A stretch of 61,041 nucleotides of DNA from Gloeobacterales cyanobacterium (GCA_038245785.1 JBBRSB010000032.1:1-61041); one strand, 5' to 3'; shown: positions 19,647 through 30,044, counted from the stretch's first letter. Made by a program: numbers and translations. The notes: generated by a model not told the origin, from the sequence alone.

Positions 19647-20348
19647 ATGGTTCCTATCGGAGACTTTAACCCCAGTAAGCAGACCCCTTTTGTGGTTTAT
19701 CTGCTCTTGGCCGCTAATATTCTGGTGTTTCTCTATGAAGCAGTTAATCCTAACCTGAATCAATTTTTTAACCAGTGGGCGATTATTCCCGCCAAGGTTA
19801 CTCCAGCGCTAGAGGCCCTACTTAGTGGGCAAATCCAGGCGTTGCCCTATTTAGTCCCTCTGTTCACCGCAATGTTTTTGCATGGGGGCTTTCTTCACCT
19901 TGCAGGAAACATGTTGTTTCTATGGATCTTTGGAGACAACGTAGAGGACCGTTTAGGGCATGTGGGCTTTCTGATTTTCTATTTGACCTGTGGGATTTTT
20001 GCCACCTTAGTTCAAATTTGGGGTAATCCTACTTCTCAGATTCCAAACCTCGGTGCCAGTGGAGCGATTGCTGGAGTGCTAGGCGCTTATATTGTGCGTT
20101 TCCCTTCCGCAAAGATTCGGGCCATTTTTCCCCTAGGCTTTATCCCGATTCCCTTTAGCGTGCCTGCCATTGCTTTTATCGGATTCTGGTTTGTTCAACA
20201 GGCTTTTTACAGTCTTGCCAGCTTGGGACCTCGTACCCAAACGGGTATGGAGTCTGGGGGGGTTGCCTATTTAGCCCATGCGGGGGGCTTTCTTATCGGA
20301 GCTTTACTCATTTGGCTCTTTGACCGTGAGCCTACCTATAGGTACTAA
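19647..20348 (+). CDS. Rhomboid intramembrane serine protease
   Basis: MFLHGG..HLAGNM, GASGAIAG, AHAGGF. Confidence 0.93.
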   Translation: MVPIGDFNPSKQTPFVVYLLLAANILVFLYEAVNPNLNQFFNQWAIIPAKVTPALEALLSGQIQALPYLVPLFTAMFLHGGFLHLAGNMLFLWIFGDNVEDRLGHVGFLIFYLTCGIFATLVQIWGNPTSQIPNLGASGAIAGVLGAYIVRFPSAKIRAIFPLGFIPIPFSVPAIAFIGFWFVQQAFYSLASLGPRTQTGMESGGVAYLAHAGGFLIGALLIWLFDREPTYRY

Positions 20349-20354
20349 TAAGCC

Positions 20355-21137
20355 GTGCTCACCAGCCGTCAGAATCCTCTCGTTAAAGAAATTGTCAAAC
20401 TTCAAGAGCAAAAAGAACGCCAGCGTACGGGTTTAATGCTGCTAGAAGGGACAAACCTTCTAACAGAAGCGGTGGCTATGGGCTGGACGCTCGAAACAGT
20501 CTGCTATACCGAGGCTTGGGCTGAACGGTATGGAGATCTGCTGAAGGACGCGCTTGTTCATCGTCTGGAATGTGTGACTCCCTCTGTCATGGAAGCCTTG
20601 AGCACGACCGTTACGCCGGATGGGGCTGTGGCTACAGCCTTCAGAAAACTCCTGGATTGGCAGACCCAACTGACTCAGGGCACCCTTTGCGTCATTGCTG
20701 AAACCCTCCAAGATCCAGGAAATCTGGGCACGTTGCTCCGCACGGCCACGGCCACTGGCGCCAGCGTCATTCTCAGTGCCGATAGTGTAGACCCTGCGCA
20801 TCCAAAAGTCCTACGGGCTACGGCTGGGCAATGGTTCCGTCGTCCTCCAGCTATAGCGACCGATCTGCTAGCCGTTATAGATTTCTGTCAGCAGCAGGGG
20901 ATTCTCACCTATGCCACTACTGGACAGGCCGGCCGCTGCTTTTGGGATTTTGATTATCGGGGTCCTGTGGCTTTTGTTTTGGGTAATGAAGGTAGAGGAT
21001 TGAGCCCAGAACTTCTGAGTCATATTGAACATCAGGTCTCGATTCCGATGGTCGCTGGGGTGGAGTCCCTCAATGTAGGGATTTCGGCAGCGCTCTTGCT
21101 CTATGAGGCTTATCGCCAGAGAACAGGGCCGCTGTAA
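20355..21137 (+). CDS. TrmH/SpoU RNA methyltransferase
   Basis: LQDPGNLGT, GNEGRGL, SIPM..VESLNV. Confidence 0.93.
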   Translation: MLTSRQNPLVKEIVKLQEQKERQRTGLMLLEGTNLLTEAVAMGWTLETVCYTEAWAERYGDLLKDALVHRLECVTPSVMEALSTTVTPDGAVATAFRKLLDWQTQLTQGTLCVIAETLQDPGNLGTLLRTATATGASVILSADSVDPAHPKVLRATAGQWFRRPPAIATDLLAVIDFCQQQGILTYATTGQAGRCFWDFDYRGPVAFVLGNEGRGLSPELLSHIEHQVSIPMVAGVESLNVGISAALLLYEAYRQRTGPL

Positions 21138-21208
21138 TCTACGTATTTATATCGGCGATGATGACCCGACAATCGCTAGACTAGATTAACTAATGGATAC
21201 AAGCCTGA

Positions 21209-21442
21209 ATGAGCGTATCTGTCCGTTTCATGCCTGATGATGTGATTGTAGAAGCTAAGCCAGGAGAGTCTTTGCTGCTAGTAGCTCGCCGAGCCGGAAT
21301 TACTATTCCCACCGGCTGTTTGATGGGCTCATGCCATGCCTGTGAAGTGGAAATTGAAGGCCAAGGGCCTGTCTGTTCGTGCTTAACCTCGATGCCCAAT
21401 CGGTCGATTACGGTCCAACTTTACTCCGACCCCACATGGTAA
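21209..21442 (+). CDS. Small 2Fe-2S ferredoxin-like protein
   Basis: GCLMGSCHAC plus distal Cys; ends DPTW. Confidence 0.85.
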   Translation: MSVSVRFMPDDVIVEAKPGESLLLVARRAGITIPTGCLMGSCHACEVEIEGQGPVCSCLTSMPNRSITVQLYSDPTW

Positions 21443-21448
21443 CGAGCC

Positions 21449-21670
21449 ATGAAATTTGTACTAAAAAAGCTGATTCGTGCCTATCAACTGCTGATTTCTC
21501 CATTCTTGGGCCAAAATTGCCGTTTTTTTCCTAGTTGCTCTCACTATGCTCTAGAAGCCATCGAAATCCATGGTTCTTTGCGGGGGACAGGGCTTGCCCT
21601 CACTAGAATCTGCCGCTGCCATCCATTCCATCCCGGTGGTTATGACCCTGTTCCTCCCCGCACTTCATAG
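21449..21670 (+). CDS. yidD: Membrane protein insertion efficiency factor
   Basis: [28 protein letters not shown]. Confidence 0.95.
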   Translation: MKFVLKKLIRAYQLLISPFLGQNCRFFPSCSHYALEAIEIHGSLRGTGLALTRICRCHPFHPGGYDPVPPRTS

Positions 21671-21765
21671 CGCGGTTGTGAGGAATCATTACAATTTGGT
21701 GAAATCGGGTAGCTTCTGTTGGGGGTTTCGTAAGATGGCCTTACGAGAGAATTCTCCTAATATAA

Positions 21766-22080
21766 ATGCTCACGCAGATGCTTACGGATCAACATTTTGT
21801 CTGGCTCCTTATCGGGCTAGGTTGCTTCTATGCTTCGCTTCAGTTTTGGCTGATTAGAAAGGCGCTCAAGCAACATAATCAGCGCTTACAGAGCGTTCAT
21901 GCCCACTATCCCCGGACGCGCAAAGCCCCAGGAACGCATTCCTATTGCTCCCGCTGCAGATACTTCGCCAATAGTAGTTTCTTGGTCTGTACGCCCCATC
22001 CCGTGGGTTGGTCCGAGCTAGAGCGTCAGTGCCAGGATTTTGACTCTATCCTCCCTGAAGAGAAACCGCAGGACCTCTAG
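21766..22080 (+). CDS. Cys-rich cyanobacterial protein with N-terminal TM (DUF6464-like)
   Basis: CSRCRY...LVCTPHP.G...CQDF. Confidence 0.65.
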   Translation: MLTQMLTDQHFVWLLIGLGCFYASLQFWLIRKALKQHNQRLQSVHAHYPRTRKAPGTHSYCSRCRYFANSSFLVCTPHPVGWSELERQCQDFDSILPEEKPQDL

Positions 22081-22116
22081 CGATACAATAGAAATCGTCC
22101 CTATCGCTTGTTTTTC

Positions 22117-23901
22117 ATGGCTTCTGTAGACTCTGACCTATTGCGTAGTGCGGATCCTGATCGTCTTGTTCGGATTCGTCACACCACCAGCCATGTCTTG
22201 GCGATGGCGGTGCAGTCGCTTTTTCCGGAAGCGAAAGTGACGATTGGACCGTGGATTGAAAATGGTTTCTACTACGACTTCGACCGTGCGCAACCCTTTA
22301 CTCCAGAGGACTTGAAGCGGATCAAAAAAGAGATGATCCGCATCATCAATAAGGATATGCCCTTGATTCGGGAAGAAGTTTCTCGTGAAGAGGCCAAAGC
22401 CCGGATTGAAGCTCTGCATGAATCCTATAAGTTAGAAATTTTGGAAGGGCTCCAAGATCCAATCAGTATTTATCATGTGGCGGACCAATGGTGGGACCTC
22501 TGTGCTGGTCCTCATTTGGAGCGTACTGGTCAAATTCATCCCAAAGCCTTCGAGCTAGAATCCGTGGCTGGAGCCTACTGGCGCGGAGATGAAAAAAGAG
22601 CCCAACTCCAGCGCATTTACGGCACAGCCTGGGAAACGCCTGAGCAGTTGGAGGAATATCAACGACGCAAGGAAGAAGCCAAACGCAGAGACCATCGCAA
22701 GCTGGGCAAAGAACTGGGCCTTTTTATCTTTAGTGACTTGGTCGGTCCTGGTTTACCGCTATGGACGCCCAAGGGTACAGTTTTACGCTCTACCTTAGAA
22801 GATTTCCTCAAGAAAGAGCAAGTCAAGCGAGGCTATCAAGGCGTGGTTACACCCCATCTTGCTCGCACAGACCTGTTTAAAACTTCTGGTCACTGGCAGC
22901 TCTATAAAGACGATATGTTCCCGCTGATGGGCACCAATCCTGACGATGATTCGGAAGGGTTTGTCCTGAAGCCGATGAACTGCCCACACCACATTCAGAT
23001 CTATAAGTCTGAACTCAGGAGCTATCGTGAACTTCCGATGCGACTAGCCGAATTTGGTACGGTTTATCGCTATGAGCAGTCTGGAGAACTGGGGGGCTTA
23101 ACCCGCGTTCGTGGCTTTACGGTGGATGATGCCCATCTCTTTGTCATGCCCAGTCAGTTGGATGACGAGTTTCGCAAGGTGGTAGACCTGATTCTCTTTG
23201 TCTTCAAGGCGCTGCATCTGGAAGATTTCAGTGCACGTTTGAGCTTCCGCGACCCAGACTCAGATAAATATATGGGCTCCAGCGAAGCCTGGGACAAAGC
23301 CCAGGGCGCGATTCGTCGAGCGGTGCAAGACCTGGGGATGAACCACTTCGAAGCTATAGGCGAAGCGGCTTTCTATGGTCCAAAACTAGATTTCATTTTC
23401 CGCGATGCCCTCGGTCGAGAATGGCAACTAGGTACGGTGCAGGTAGATTATCAATTGCCCGAACGCTTTAGCTTAGAGTACGTCGCCGAAGACGGTAGCC
23501 GCCAGCGCCCGGTGATGATCCACCGCGCTCCTTTTGGTTCGCTAGAGCGCCTGATTGGAATCTTGATTGAGCAATATGCGGGTGATTTTCCGCTATGGCT
23601 ATCTCCAACCCAAGCCCGGATTATCCCAGTCACGGAAGAACATCTTAGCTACGGCAAAGACCTGCAAGAGCAACTTCTCGCCCAAAACATCCGCGTAGAT
23701 ATAGACGATAGCGGAGAGCGGATCAGCAAGAAAGTCCGCAATGCCGAAAAAGCGAAAGTCCCCTACATGCTGGTCGTCGGTGACAAAGAAGTAGCTTCAG
23801 AGGCAGTCAGTGTCCGCACCCGCGCAGAAGGAGAACTAGGTGCCCTTCCCGTCAGCGAACTGATCGCACAGATGGTCGAGAAAGTGAAAACAATGGGGTA
23901 A
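22117..23901 (+). CDS. thrS: Threonine--tRNA ligase
   Basis: RHTTSH, DLCAGPH, RDHRKLG, KPMNCP, RVRGFT, AFYGPK, HRAPFGS. Confidence 0.98.
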   Translation: MASVDSDLLRSADPDRLVRIRHTTSHVLAMAVQSLFPEAKVTIGPWIENGFYYDFDRAQPFTPEDLKRIKKEMIRIINKDMPLIREEVSREEAKARIEALHESYKLEILEGLQDPISIYHVADQWWDLCAGPHLERTGQIHPKAFELESVAGAYWRGDEKRAQLQRIYGTAWETPEQLEEYQRRKEEAKRRDHRKLGKELGLFIFSDLVGPGLPLWTPKGTVLRSTLEDFLKKEQVKRGYQGVVTPHLARTDLFKTSGHWQLYKDDMFPLMGTNPDDDSEGFVLKPMNCPHHIQIYKSELRSYRELPMRLAEFGTVYRYEQSGELGGLTRVRGFTVDDAHLFVMPSQLDDEFRKVVDLILFVFKALHLEDFSARLSFRDPDSDKYMGSSEAWDKAQGAIRRAVQDLGMNHFEAIGEAAFYGPKLDFIFRDALGREWQLGTVQVDYQLPERFSLEYVAEDGSRQRPVMIHRAPFGSLERLIGILIEQYAGDFPLWLSPTQARIIPVTEEHLSYGKDLQEQLLAQNIRVDIDDSGERISKKVRNAEKAKVPYMLVVGDKEVASEAVSVRTRAEGELGALPVSELIAQMVEKVKTMG

Positions 23902-23907
23902 CAAAAT

Positions 23908-24088
23908 CCCTTCGACTCCGCACGTGAGCTTCTCGGCTTCGCCTACCTGTTCAATCTGCCTACGGCAGCAGGTACCTTGTGCCGGACACGCTTACAGGGA
24001 GCTGTCCCGTAGGGACTGAGGGTCCAAGACTGAAGGTTATGCAAAATCCCCCTCTCCCTTGGGAGAGGGGGGAAGGGGGGTGAGGGCT
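23908..24088. repeat. Composite stack of small dispersed repeats between convergent thrS and rbp
   Basis: CCCTTCGACTCCGC; a 58-bp unit (23933-23990) shared with 60112-60169; GTCCCGTAGGGAC hairpin; CCCCTCTCCC-TT-GGGAGAGGGG hairpin. Confidence 0.75.
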
Positions 24089-24535
24089 CTAAACCTTCGT
24101 CAGTTCTAGCTTCTCTTTGACGGCTAACAGTGCTGCCCAACGAGGATCAACGCCTGAATCGTTAGAAGTTTCAGAGGCCGTAGAAAAACTGGATTCGCGA
24201 CGTGGTTGAGCCTGGCGCGCTCCACCCCCGGCAGGTGACTTGCTCCGAGGACGATTGACCCGTCCAACGGATTCTGAAGTTTCAGGAGCCTTGGCTTGGG
24301 CAATCTCTACCTTAAGCGCTTTGCCTTGGAAATCTTGGCCGTTGAATTTTTCGACCATGGTTTGAGCCAGTTCGGTTTCTTCGATGGTGACGAAACCAAA
24401 ACCACGGCACTTGCCTGTTTTATGGTCTGTGACTAGTTTGACGGAAACTACCGCACCCACTTGAGTAAACAACCCTTCAATTTCTTGGGCTGTAGTAGTT
24501 TCAGACAAATTACCTACATATACACGCTCAGTCAT
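24089..24535 (-). CDS. RRM RNA-binding protein (cyanobacterial Rbp3-like)
   Basis: RNP2 VYVGNL, RNP1 RGFGFV, C-terminal DPRWA. Confidence 0.9.
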   Translation of the reverse strand: MTERVYVGNLSETTTAQEIEGLFTQVGAVVSVKLVTDHKTGKCRGFGFVTIEETELAQTMVEKFNGQDFQGKALKVEIAQAKAPETSESVGRVNRPRSKSPAGGGARQAQPRRESSFSTASETSNDSGVDPRWAALLAVKEKLELTKV

Positions 24536-24685
24536 TACTTAACTCCTGGAGAATCATCACACAGCTCTGTCTCTTCCTGTCACAAACTTTGTCTTCGGGG
24601 AATGAAATATAACTGCATGTCTTTAAATTGTGGGAAAACTGATTTTTAACCCCAGACAAACATACCATAAGGAACGGTTAGGCTT

Positions 24686-26086
24686 ATGCGTATGCGTCTA
24701 CTACTTGAAAAAAGTATTCCTTTATCGCTTCTGCCGGACCCTTGCTATCTGGTTGGCGGGACTGTCCGAGATGCCTTGGTCGCACCTCCAAGGACTAAAC
24801 AAGAGTGTCCTAAACAAGATTTAGATTTAGTAGTTCCTACCGGAGCTATTGCTCTGGCGCGCAGGTTAGCAGACGCTTTGGGGGCGGGATTCGTTGTTCT
24901 AGATGAAGTCCATCAGATTGCACGGGTGGTACTTGATAGCGGCACGACGCTGGATATTGCGGAACAAGAAGGTCCTTCGATTGAAGTGGACTTAGGGCGG
25001 CGAGATTTTACCTGTAATGCAATTGCCTATGACCTACAGCGAGAAGTCTTGATTGATCCATTCAACGGCAAACGAGATTTGGACCAGCGCCTCGTGCGCA
25101 TGGTTCAGGCAAAAAATTTGCTCGAAGACCCTTTGAGATTCCTGCGCGCCTACCGCATGGCTGCAAAACTGGACTTTACGATCGAATCCCGGACCCGCGA
25201 ACTGCTCCAAGCCTCTAACGGGCTACTGGGGCAATCTGCGCCTGAACGGGTGAGGGATGAACTGGTTTACCTATTAGAACTCCCGGCGGGAACTGATTGG
25301 TTCTTAGCGGCTCATCAAGACGGGGTCCTCCAGCCTTGGTTACCAGAACTGAACGGACTAGAAAAAATTCCAGCCAACCTCCATCATCATCTGCCGCTTT
25401 TGGAGCATACCTTTGAGGTAATACGGCAGGTGGACCAGGTTTTGGATGACCTGGACCTGCGCGACAGTCTGGCGCACGTTCTTTCGGACCGGAGGACGGT
25501 CTACGTTACGACCAAGCTCGGAGCCTTGCTCCATGACATTGCCAAACCAGCCACCTATGTCCTGGACCCTGAAACCGGAAAGCCTAGTTTTTATCAGCAC
25601 GAAAAAGTCGGCTCCGCGATGACCAAGGAAATGCTGACCAGGCTCAAATTTTCCCGCGAAGAAATCCGCTGGGTGACAGCGCTCGTAGAAATGCATCTAC
25701 GCACAGGACAGTTGGTCATGCAAGGCGCTTCAGAAAGAGCCCTATATAGGTTAATGCGGGATGCACAGGAGAAACTGCCTGCTTTGGTGGTTCTGTCTTT
25801 AGCCGACCGTCGTTCCACCTGTGGCGAAGCGGTCACCGCTGAAATGCAAACCCAGTCGACGCTCTTTCATCAAGACCTCCTCGCCTGCTATTGGGCCCCT
25901 CCCCCAGAGAAGCCCTTCCTTTCGGGTAAGGATCTGATTGAACGCCTAGGGCTGACTCCTGGCCCCGTCTTTAAAGAGATTCTACAGGCGGTACAAGAAG
26001 CTCAAGCTTTAGGCGAAATCCAGAATTCTGAAGAAGCGCTGACCTTAGCGCAGCAGCTCGTAGTGGATGGAGCGAAGAAATCTTAG
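24686..26086 (+). CDS. tRNA nucleotidyltransferase (CCA/CC-adding type) with HD domain
   Basis: VGGTVRD, DLD, DLGRRDFT.NAIA, EDPLRFLR, LLHDIAKP. Confidence 0.9.
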   Translation: MRMRLLLEKSIPLSLLPDPCYLVGGTVRDALVAPPRTKQECPKQDLDLVVPTGAIALARRLADALGAGFVVLDEVHQIARVVLDSGTTLDIAEQEGPSIEVDLGRRDFTCNAIAYDLQREVLIDPFNGKRDLDQRLVRMVQAKNLLEDPLRFLRAYRMAAKLDFTIESRTRELLQASNGLLGQSAPERVRDELVYLLELPAGTDWFLAAHQDGVLQPWLPELNGLEKIPANLHHHLPLLEHTFEVIRQVDQVLDDLDLRDSLAHVLSDRRTVYVTTKLGALLHDIAKPATYVLDPETGKPSFYQHEKVGSAMTKEMLTRLKFSREEIRWVTALVEMHLRTGQLVMQGASERALYRLMRDAQEKLPALVVLSLADRRSTCGEAVTAEMQTQSTLFHQDLLACYWAPPPEKPFLSGKDLIERLGLTPGPVFKEILQAVQEAQALGEIQNSEEALTLAQQLVVDGAKKS

Positions 26087-26378
26087 CTTCTACCGCGATC
26101 TAATATTTTGATATCTCTAAACGCTAATTGTTTAATTTAAAATATCTCAACAAGGCTTCATCTCTTGCAGGTCTTATATAAATTTCAATGAAAGCATTGA
26201 AGTCATTTAGAAAAGTGATTCTTGGGCAATCAGAAATGAGTAGCATTCCTCTAAATCCAAATCCCGTAAGACCTACCCGAAATTGAGCGGATGGGATGGA
26301 AAAGATTTTAAAATCAGAACCTATCTTTGAAAAGAGCTTCTATTTCTCGATTATTTAACAAGATCTTTTGATAAATAC

Positions 26379-26407
26379 TTGACAGAAACCATAGGATTTC
26401 ATAGCCT
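26379..26407 (+). promoter_or_regulatory. Sigma70-type promoter of rsmH-ftsL-ftsI
   Basis: TTGACA-N17-TAGCCT in an AT-rich intergenic region. Confidence 0.6.
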
Positions 26408-26440
26408 AATTTGATGTAGCAATTTTGTGGGTCTGTTCAA

Positions 26441-27310
26441 GTGTCTTGGGAGCATCAATCCGTACTGTTGAATGAAGTCGTAGCGGCCCTTGCTCCAGCG
26501 CCGGAAAAATATTATTTGGATTGCACCGTTGGTTTAGGGGGTCATAGCGAAGCGATTTTGCAATACCCCGAGACTCATGTTGTGGCTTTAGACCAGGACG
26601 GAGAAACCTTAGCCCAAGCCCGTTTGCGCCTTGCTGCCTACGGAGACCGCATTGTATTTCAGCAGGTCAATTTTGCTGATTTCGCTCCCAAGGGCCAAAA
26701 ATTCGATGGTATTTTGGCAGACCTGGGAGTGAGTTCGCCCCAGCTAGACAATGGTGCGCGGGGCTTTAGCTGGCGCTTTGAAGCACCCTTAGATATGCGT
26801 ATGGACCCTGAAGGACAGGAGCTGACAGCGGCAGACCTGGTCAATACCTACTCTTCCGAAGCCTTAGCCAATATTTTCTATGAGTATGGAGACGAGCGTA
26901 ATTCTCGCCGCATTGCTCGTACGATCGTCGAACGTCGCCCGCTGACCACGACCACGCAGCTGGCTGAGCTTGTCGCCCGTTGCCAGCGAGGCTACCAAAA
27001 AATTCATCCGGCCACCCGCGTATTTCAAGCCCTACGGATTGCCGTGAATCGCGAGTTCGAAGTTTTAGAGCAGCTCCTTCAGAAGGCTCCCGATTGGCTT
27101 AAAGAAGGCGGTGTTCTCGTCATTATCAGTTTTCACTCTTCAGAAGACCGTAGGGTCAAACAGCAGTTTCGAGACGATGTTCGTTTAGAAGTCTTGACCC
27201 GCAAACCAGTGGTACCTACGGAAGAAGAACGAAAAGCTAATCCCCGTGCCCGCTCTGCCAAATTGCGTTGTGCCCAACGCATCCCTGTCGCCCCTGTGAG
27301 GAGTTTCTAA
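26441..27310 (+). CDS. rsmH: 16S rRNA C1402 N4-methyltransferase
   Basis: DCTVGLGGHS, DLGVSSPQLD, LDMRMD, HPATRVFQALRIAVN, ISFHSSEDR, NPRARSAKLR. Confidence 0.97.
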   Translation: MSWEHQSVLLNEVVAALAPAPEKYYLDCTVGLGGHSEAILQYPETHVVALDQDGETLAQARLRLAAYGDRIVFQQVNFADFAPKGQKFDGILADLGVSSPQLDNGARGFSWRFEAPLDMRMDPEGQELTAADLVNTYSSEALANIFYEYGDERNSRRIARTIVERRPLTTTTQLAELVARCQRGYQKIHPATRVFQALRIAVNREFEVLEQLLQKAPDWLKEGGVLVIISFHSSEDRRVKQQFRDDVRLEVLTRKPVVPTEEERKANPRARSAKLRCAQRIPVAPVRSF

Positions 27311-27868
27311 ATGAATGCTGTCCGTCTTCCCGAACCCGATCCCCGACGCCGTCGCCAAGCGCGCATAGTCATTCCTAATGATATTCCTACTCCTGCTCGT
27401 ATCGATCCTCCCCCGCAAACCCAGACAGTCGCTCCTCCAAGGGTTTATCAAGAACCAAGACCCCTGACACCGCCTCTGGTGCTGCTCACCCCTCCCGCTG
27501 AACCAACGCCCCTCTTCTTAGCTTTGGTCCGGGTTCGGCGCGCACTAACGGGTGTGTTGACCTTGAGCCTCGTGACGCTAGCGGCTGTTTACATGTCAAC
27601 GGTCCAAGTGCAAAGTTCTTGGGCAACAGACTATAAGGCGCTCAATCAAATCCGCCAACAAACGCGTCAGATGCAAACGGCCACCGGGTTATTAGAAGGA
27701 AATTTAGCGAAGGAAACTAATCATCCTGCGCCCTTTGAACCAGCTCGTCCAGAACGGGTAGTACTCTTGCCCCTCCTCGCCCCTGAAACTACAACGCCCC
27801 CTGCATTGTCAGGAAGGTTAGAGAGTGCCTTACCTGCGGATCCTGTCACCATTCCTCTGGGATATTAG
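27311..27868 (+). CDS. FtsL-like cell division protein
   Basis: Pro-rich N-terminus, single TM, coiled-coil, C-terminal PLGY; lies between rsmH and ftsI. Confidence 0.65.
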   Translation: MNAVRLPEPDPRRRRQARIVIPNDIPTPARIDPPPQTQTVAPPRVYQEPRPLTPPLVLLTPPAEPTPLFLALVRVRRALTGVLTLSLVTLAAVYMSTVQVQSSWATDYKALNQIRQQTRQMQTATGLLEGNLAKETNHPAPFEPARPERVVLLPLLAPETTTPPALSGRLESALPADPVTIPLGY

Positions 27869-27876
27869 GAACATAA

Positions 27877-29817
27877 ATGACCCAGTTGCGCACGGACAGA
27901 AATCGAGCAGGGGATACTGAGTCTAATGAATTCCAGCGTAGCCGTCTGGAAAAGATGCGTTTACGCCATGCTCGACAGACAAAACAACGCTATTCCTTTG
28001 TCGGATTCCTGTTTCTTCTTTTGACGGGCTACCTCAGCTGGACCCTCTTTCAGCTGCAAGTACTCAAGGCTCCAGATCTCCAAGCACGGGCGCTACAGCA
28101 GCAGACTAAAAAAGTGCAGTCCTATCTCCCCCGGCTATCTCTTTCAGACCGCAAGGGGGTTGCACTTGCGAATGATGAACCGATCTACGCGGTCTATGTC
28201 CATCCTTATCTCCTCGAAAAAGAGGCTAAAATCAAGTTTCGCGAGGACTTGAAGAAAAAGAGAACTACCCGTGACCAAGAAGCCTCTGCTTTTCCGAACT
28301 ATGTGAAACGCGCCGCCGAAGGGCTGGCACCGATTCTCAAGACTTCTCAAGACAAGCTAGCCACCCAGTTGGCAGACACCTCCAAATCTACGATTTCTCT
28401 GACCCGTAATTTAGGCCAGGGAGAGATGGAACAAGTGGATGCCTTGAAGATTGCCGGTTTAGAAAAAGAAATGCGTAGACGCCGCGTGTATCCTACCGGG
28501 GAAGAATCGGCCAATATCGTCGGTTTTATTGACTATAACGGAGTTGGCCAGAGCGGTATTGAGCAGTTCTATAACCGTGCTTTGGCTGGTATTGATGATG
28601 AAAAACGGAAGCTCTACTTCAATGGTTTTGGACAAGTCCTCGCCAGCCAAACCCCCGAAGACTATTTTCAAACCGATGACCGCAATGTAGTGTTGTCCTT
28701 GGATATCCGGCTGCAACGGGCTGCTCATCTGGCCCTTGAGCAAGGAGTCAAAGAATATCGGGCAAAACGAGGGGCTGCCATCATTCTGGATCCGCGCAAC
28801 GGAGAGATCCTGGCCTTGGCTTCTTCGCCTTCGTTTGATAACAATGCCTTGGCTAAGTATGATGCTCAGTCATTTAAGAATTGGACCGTCACTGAACTCT
28901 ATGAACCAGGTTCCACCTTCAAACCTTTGAACATTGCCATGGGTTTGGACAGTGGACGCATCCATGCCAATGATGTGGTCTATGACGGGGGCAGTCTGAC
29001 CCTCTCTAGACGAACGATCCGCAACGCGAATGGTCGAGGCAATGGCGCTATTTCAGTCACAGAAGTTTTGAAGCGTTCCAGCAATATCGGTATGGTCCGC
29101 TTGATGCAAAAACTGGACCACGGAGATTACTTTGACCGTCTCCGAGCTTTGGGCATTGGACGCCGGAGTGGGATTGATTTGCCGGGAGAGGCGGCGGGCG
29201 TTTTCAAGAGTAAAGCGCAGTTTGTCCGTTACCCGATTGAGTCCGCAACGGCGGCCTTCGGTCAAGGTGTCTCGATGACGCCCCTGCAATTGGTTCGTTT
29301 TCATGCGGCCCTTGCCAATGGTGGTTATTTGGTTCAACCCCATGTGGCGACCAAAATGACGAATAGCCAAGGCGAGGTCATCTGGAATCCCGAACTGCCT
29401 CCCCTGAAAAGAGTTTTTTCGGAAGAATCTACGCGCATTGTGCGTCAGATGATGACGCAGGTGGTCGAATCTGGAACCGGAACTTCGGCCAAAATCCCTG
29501 GTTATGAAATCTCTGGTAAAACAGGCACGGCTCAAAAGGTCAATCCTGATGGCAGAGGCTATATCCAAGGCAAAAAGATCACCAGTTTTATCGCCCATTT
29601 CCCTGCGGACAAGCCCCGCTACGTGGTTTTCGTAGTCATGGATGAACCAGGAATCCCTGGAGCTTTTGGTTCTACCACTGCTGCTCCAGTCGTCCGCAAA
29701 ATCTTGCAAGAAATCATCTCCTATGACCGCATCCTTCCCAAAGGACCAATTCCCCTCCCCGGTCGCTTAGAAGATGACAAGAAAAAGGGTGAAAAGACTG
29801 GAGCACCGAAGGATTAG
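27877..29817 (+). CDS. ftsI: Class B penicillin-binding protein (PBP3)
   Basis: Single TM; RVYP, EPGSTFK, SSN, KTGTAQK. Confidence 0.9.
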   Translation: MTQLRTDRNRAGDTESNEFQRSRLEKMRLRHARQTKQRYSFVGFLFLLLTGYLSWTLFQLQVLKAPDLQARALQQQTKKVQSYLPRLSLSDRKGVALANDEPIYAVYVHPYLLEKEAKIKFREDLKKKRTTRDQEASAFPNYVKRAAEGLAPILKTSQDKLATQLADTSKSTISLTRNLGQGEMEQVDALKIAGLEKEMRRRRVYPTGEESANIVGFIDYNGVGQSGIEQFYNRALAGIDDEKRKLYFNGFGQVLASQTPEDYFQTDDRNVVLSLDIRLQRAAHLALEQGVKEYRAKRGAAIILDPRNGEILALASSPSFDNNALAKYDAQSFKNWTVTELYEPGSTFKPLNIAMGLDSGRIHANDVVYDGGSLTLSRRTIRNANGRGNGAISVTEVLKRSSNIGMVRLMQKLDHGDYFDRLRALGIGRRSGIDLPGEAAGVFKSKAQFVRYPIESATAAFGQGVSMTPLQLVRFHAALANGGYLVQPHVATKMTNSQGEVIWNPELPPLKRVFSEESTRIVRQMMTQVVESGTGTSAKIPGYEISGKTGTAQKVNPDGRGYIQGKKITSFIAHFPADKPRYVVFVVMDEPGIPGAFGSTTAAPVVRKILQEIISYDRILPKGPIPLPGRLEDDKKKGEKTGAPKD

Positions 29818-29818
29818 A

Positions 29819-29876
29819 CCCCCGGCCCCCCAATGCTGGGGGGAGAAACATCCTTTTTAAACATTGCATACCAATT
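29819..29876 (+). repeat. Left copy of a 58-bp inverted repeat (REP/REPIN-like arm)
   Basis: CCCCCGGCCCCCCAATGCTGGGGGGAGAAACATCCTTTTTAAACATTGCATACCAATT; 48/58 gapless identity to the reverse complement of 32950-33007. Confidence 0.85.
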
Positions 29877-30044
29877 CTTCGAACGGCCTACGGCCTACAA
29901 AGTCCCCAAAGTACTCTTAGAGAGGCAAACTGTGGAGGAGTTAGGAAGCTTTGTGTAAGCCCTCATAAGCTCTTGAGGTCTAAATTTCCAGTATTTTTAC
30001 TGATACGATTGGCTATGGAAGAATTTCTCTAACCACTCTAAAAA

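Noticed and set aside
22081..22116. T-box leader for thrS
   Set aside because: The intergenic gap is only about 36 bp.
23908..24088. CRISPR array or mini-array
   Set aside because: No regularly spaced identical repeats with unique spacers here or elsewhere in the window, and no cas genes.
26087..26440. mraZ gene or remnant
   Set aside because: No suitable ORF; AT-rich promoter-like DNA only.
29053..29709. 218-aa minus-strand ORF
   Set aside because: Antisense shadow of ftsI.
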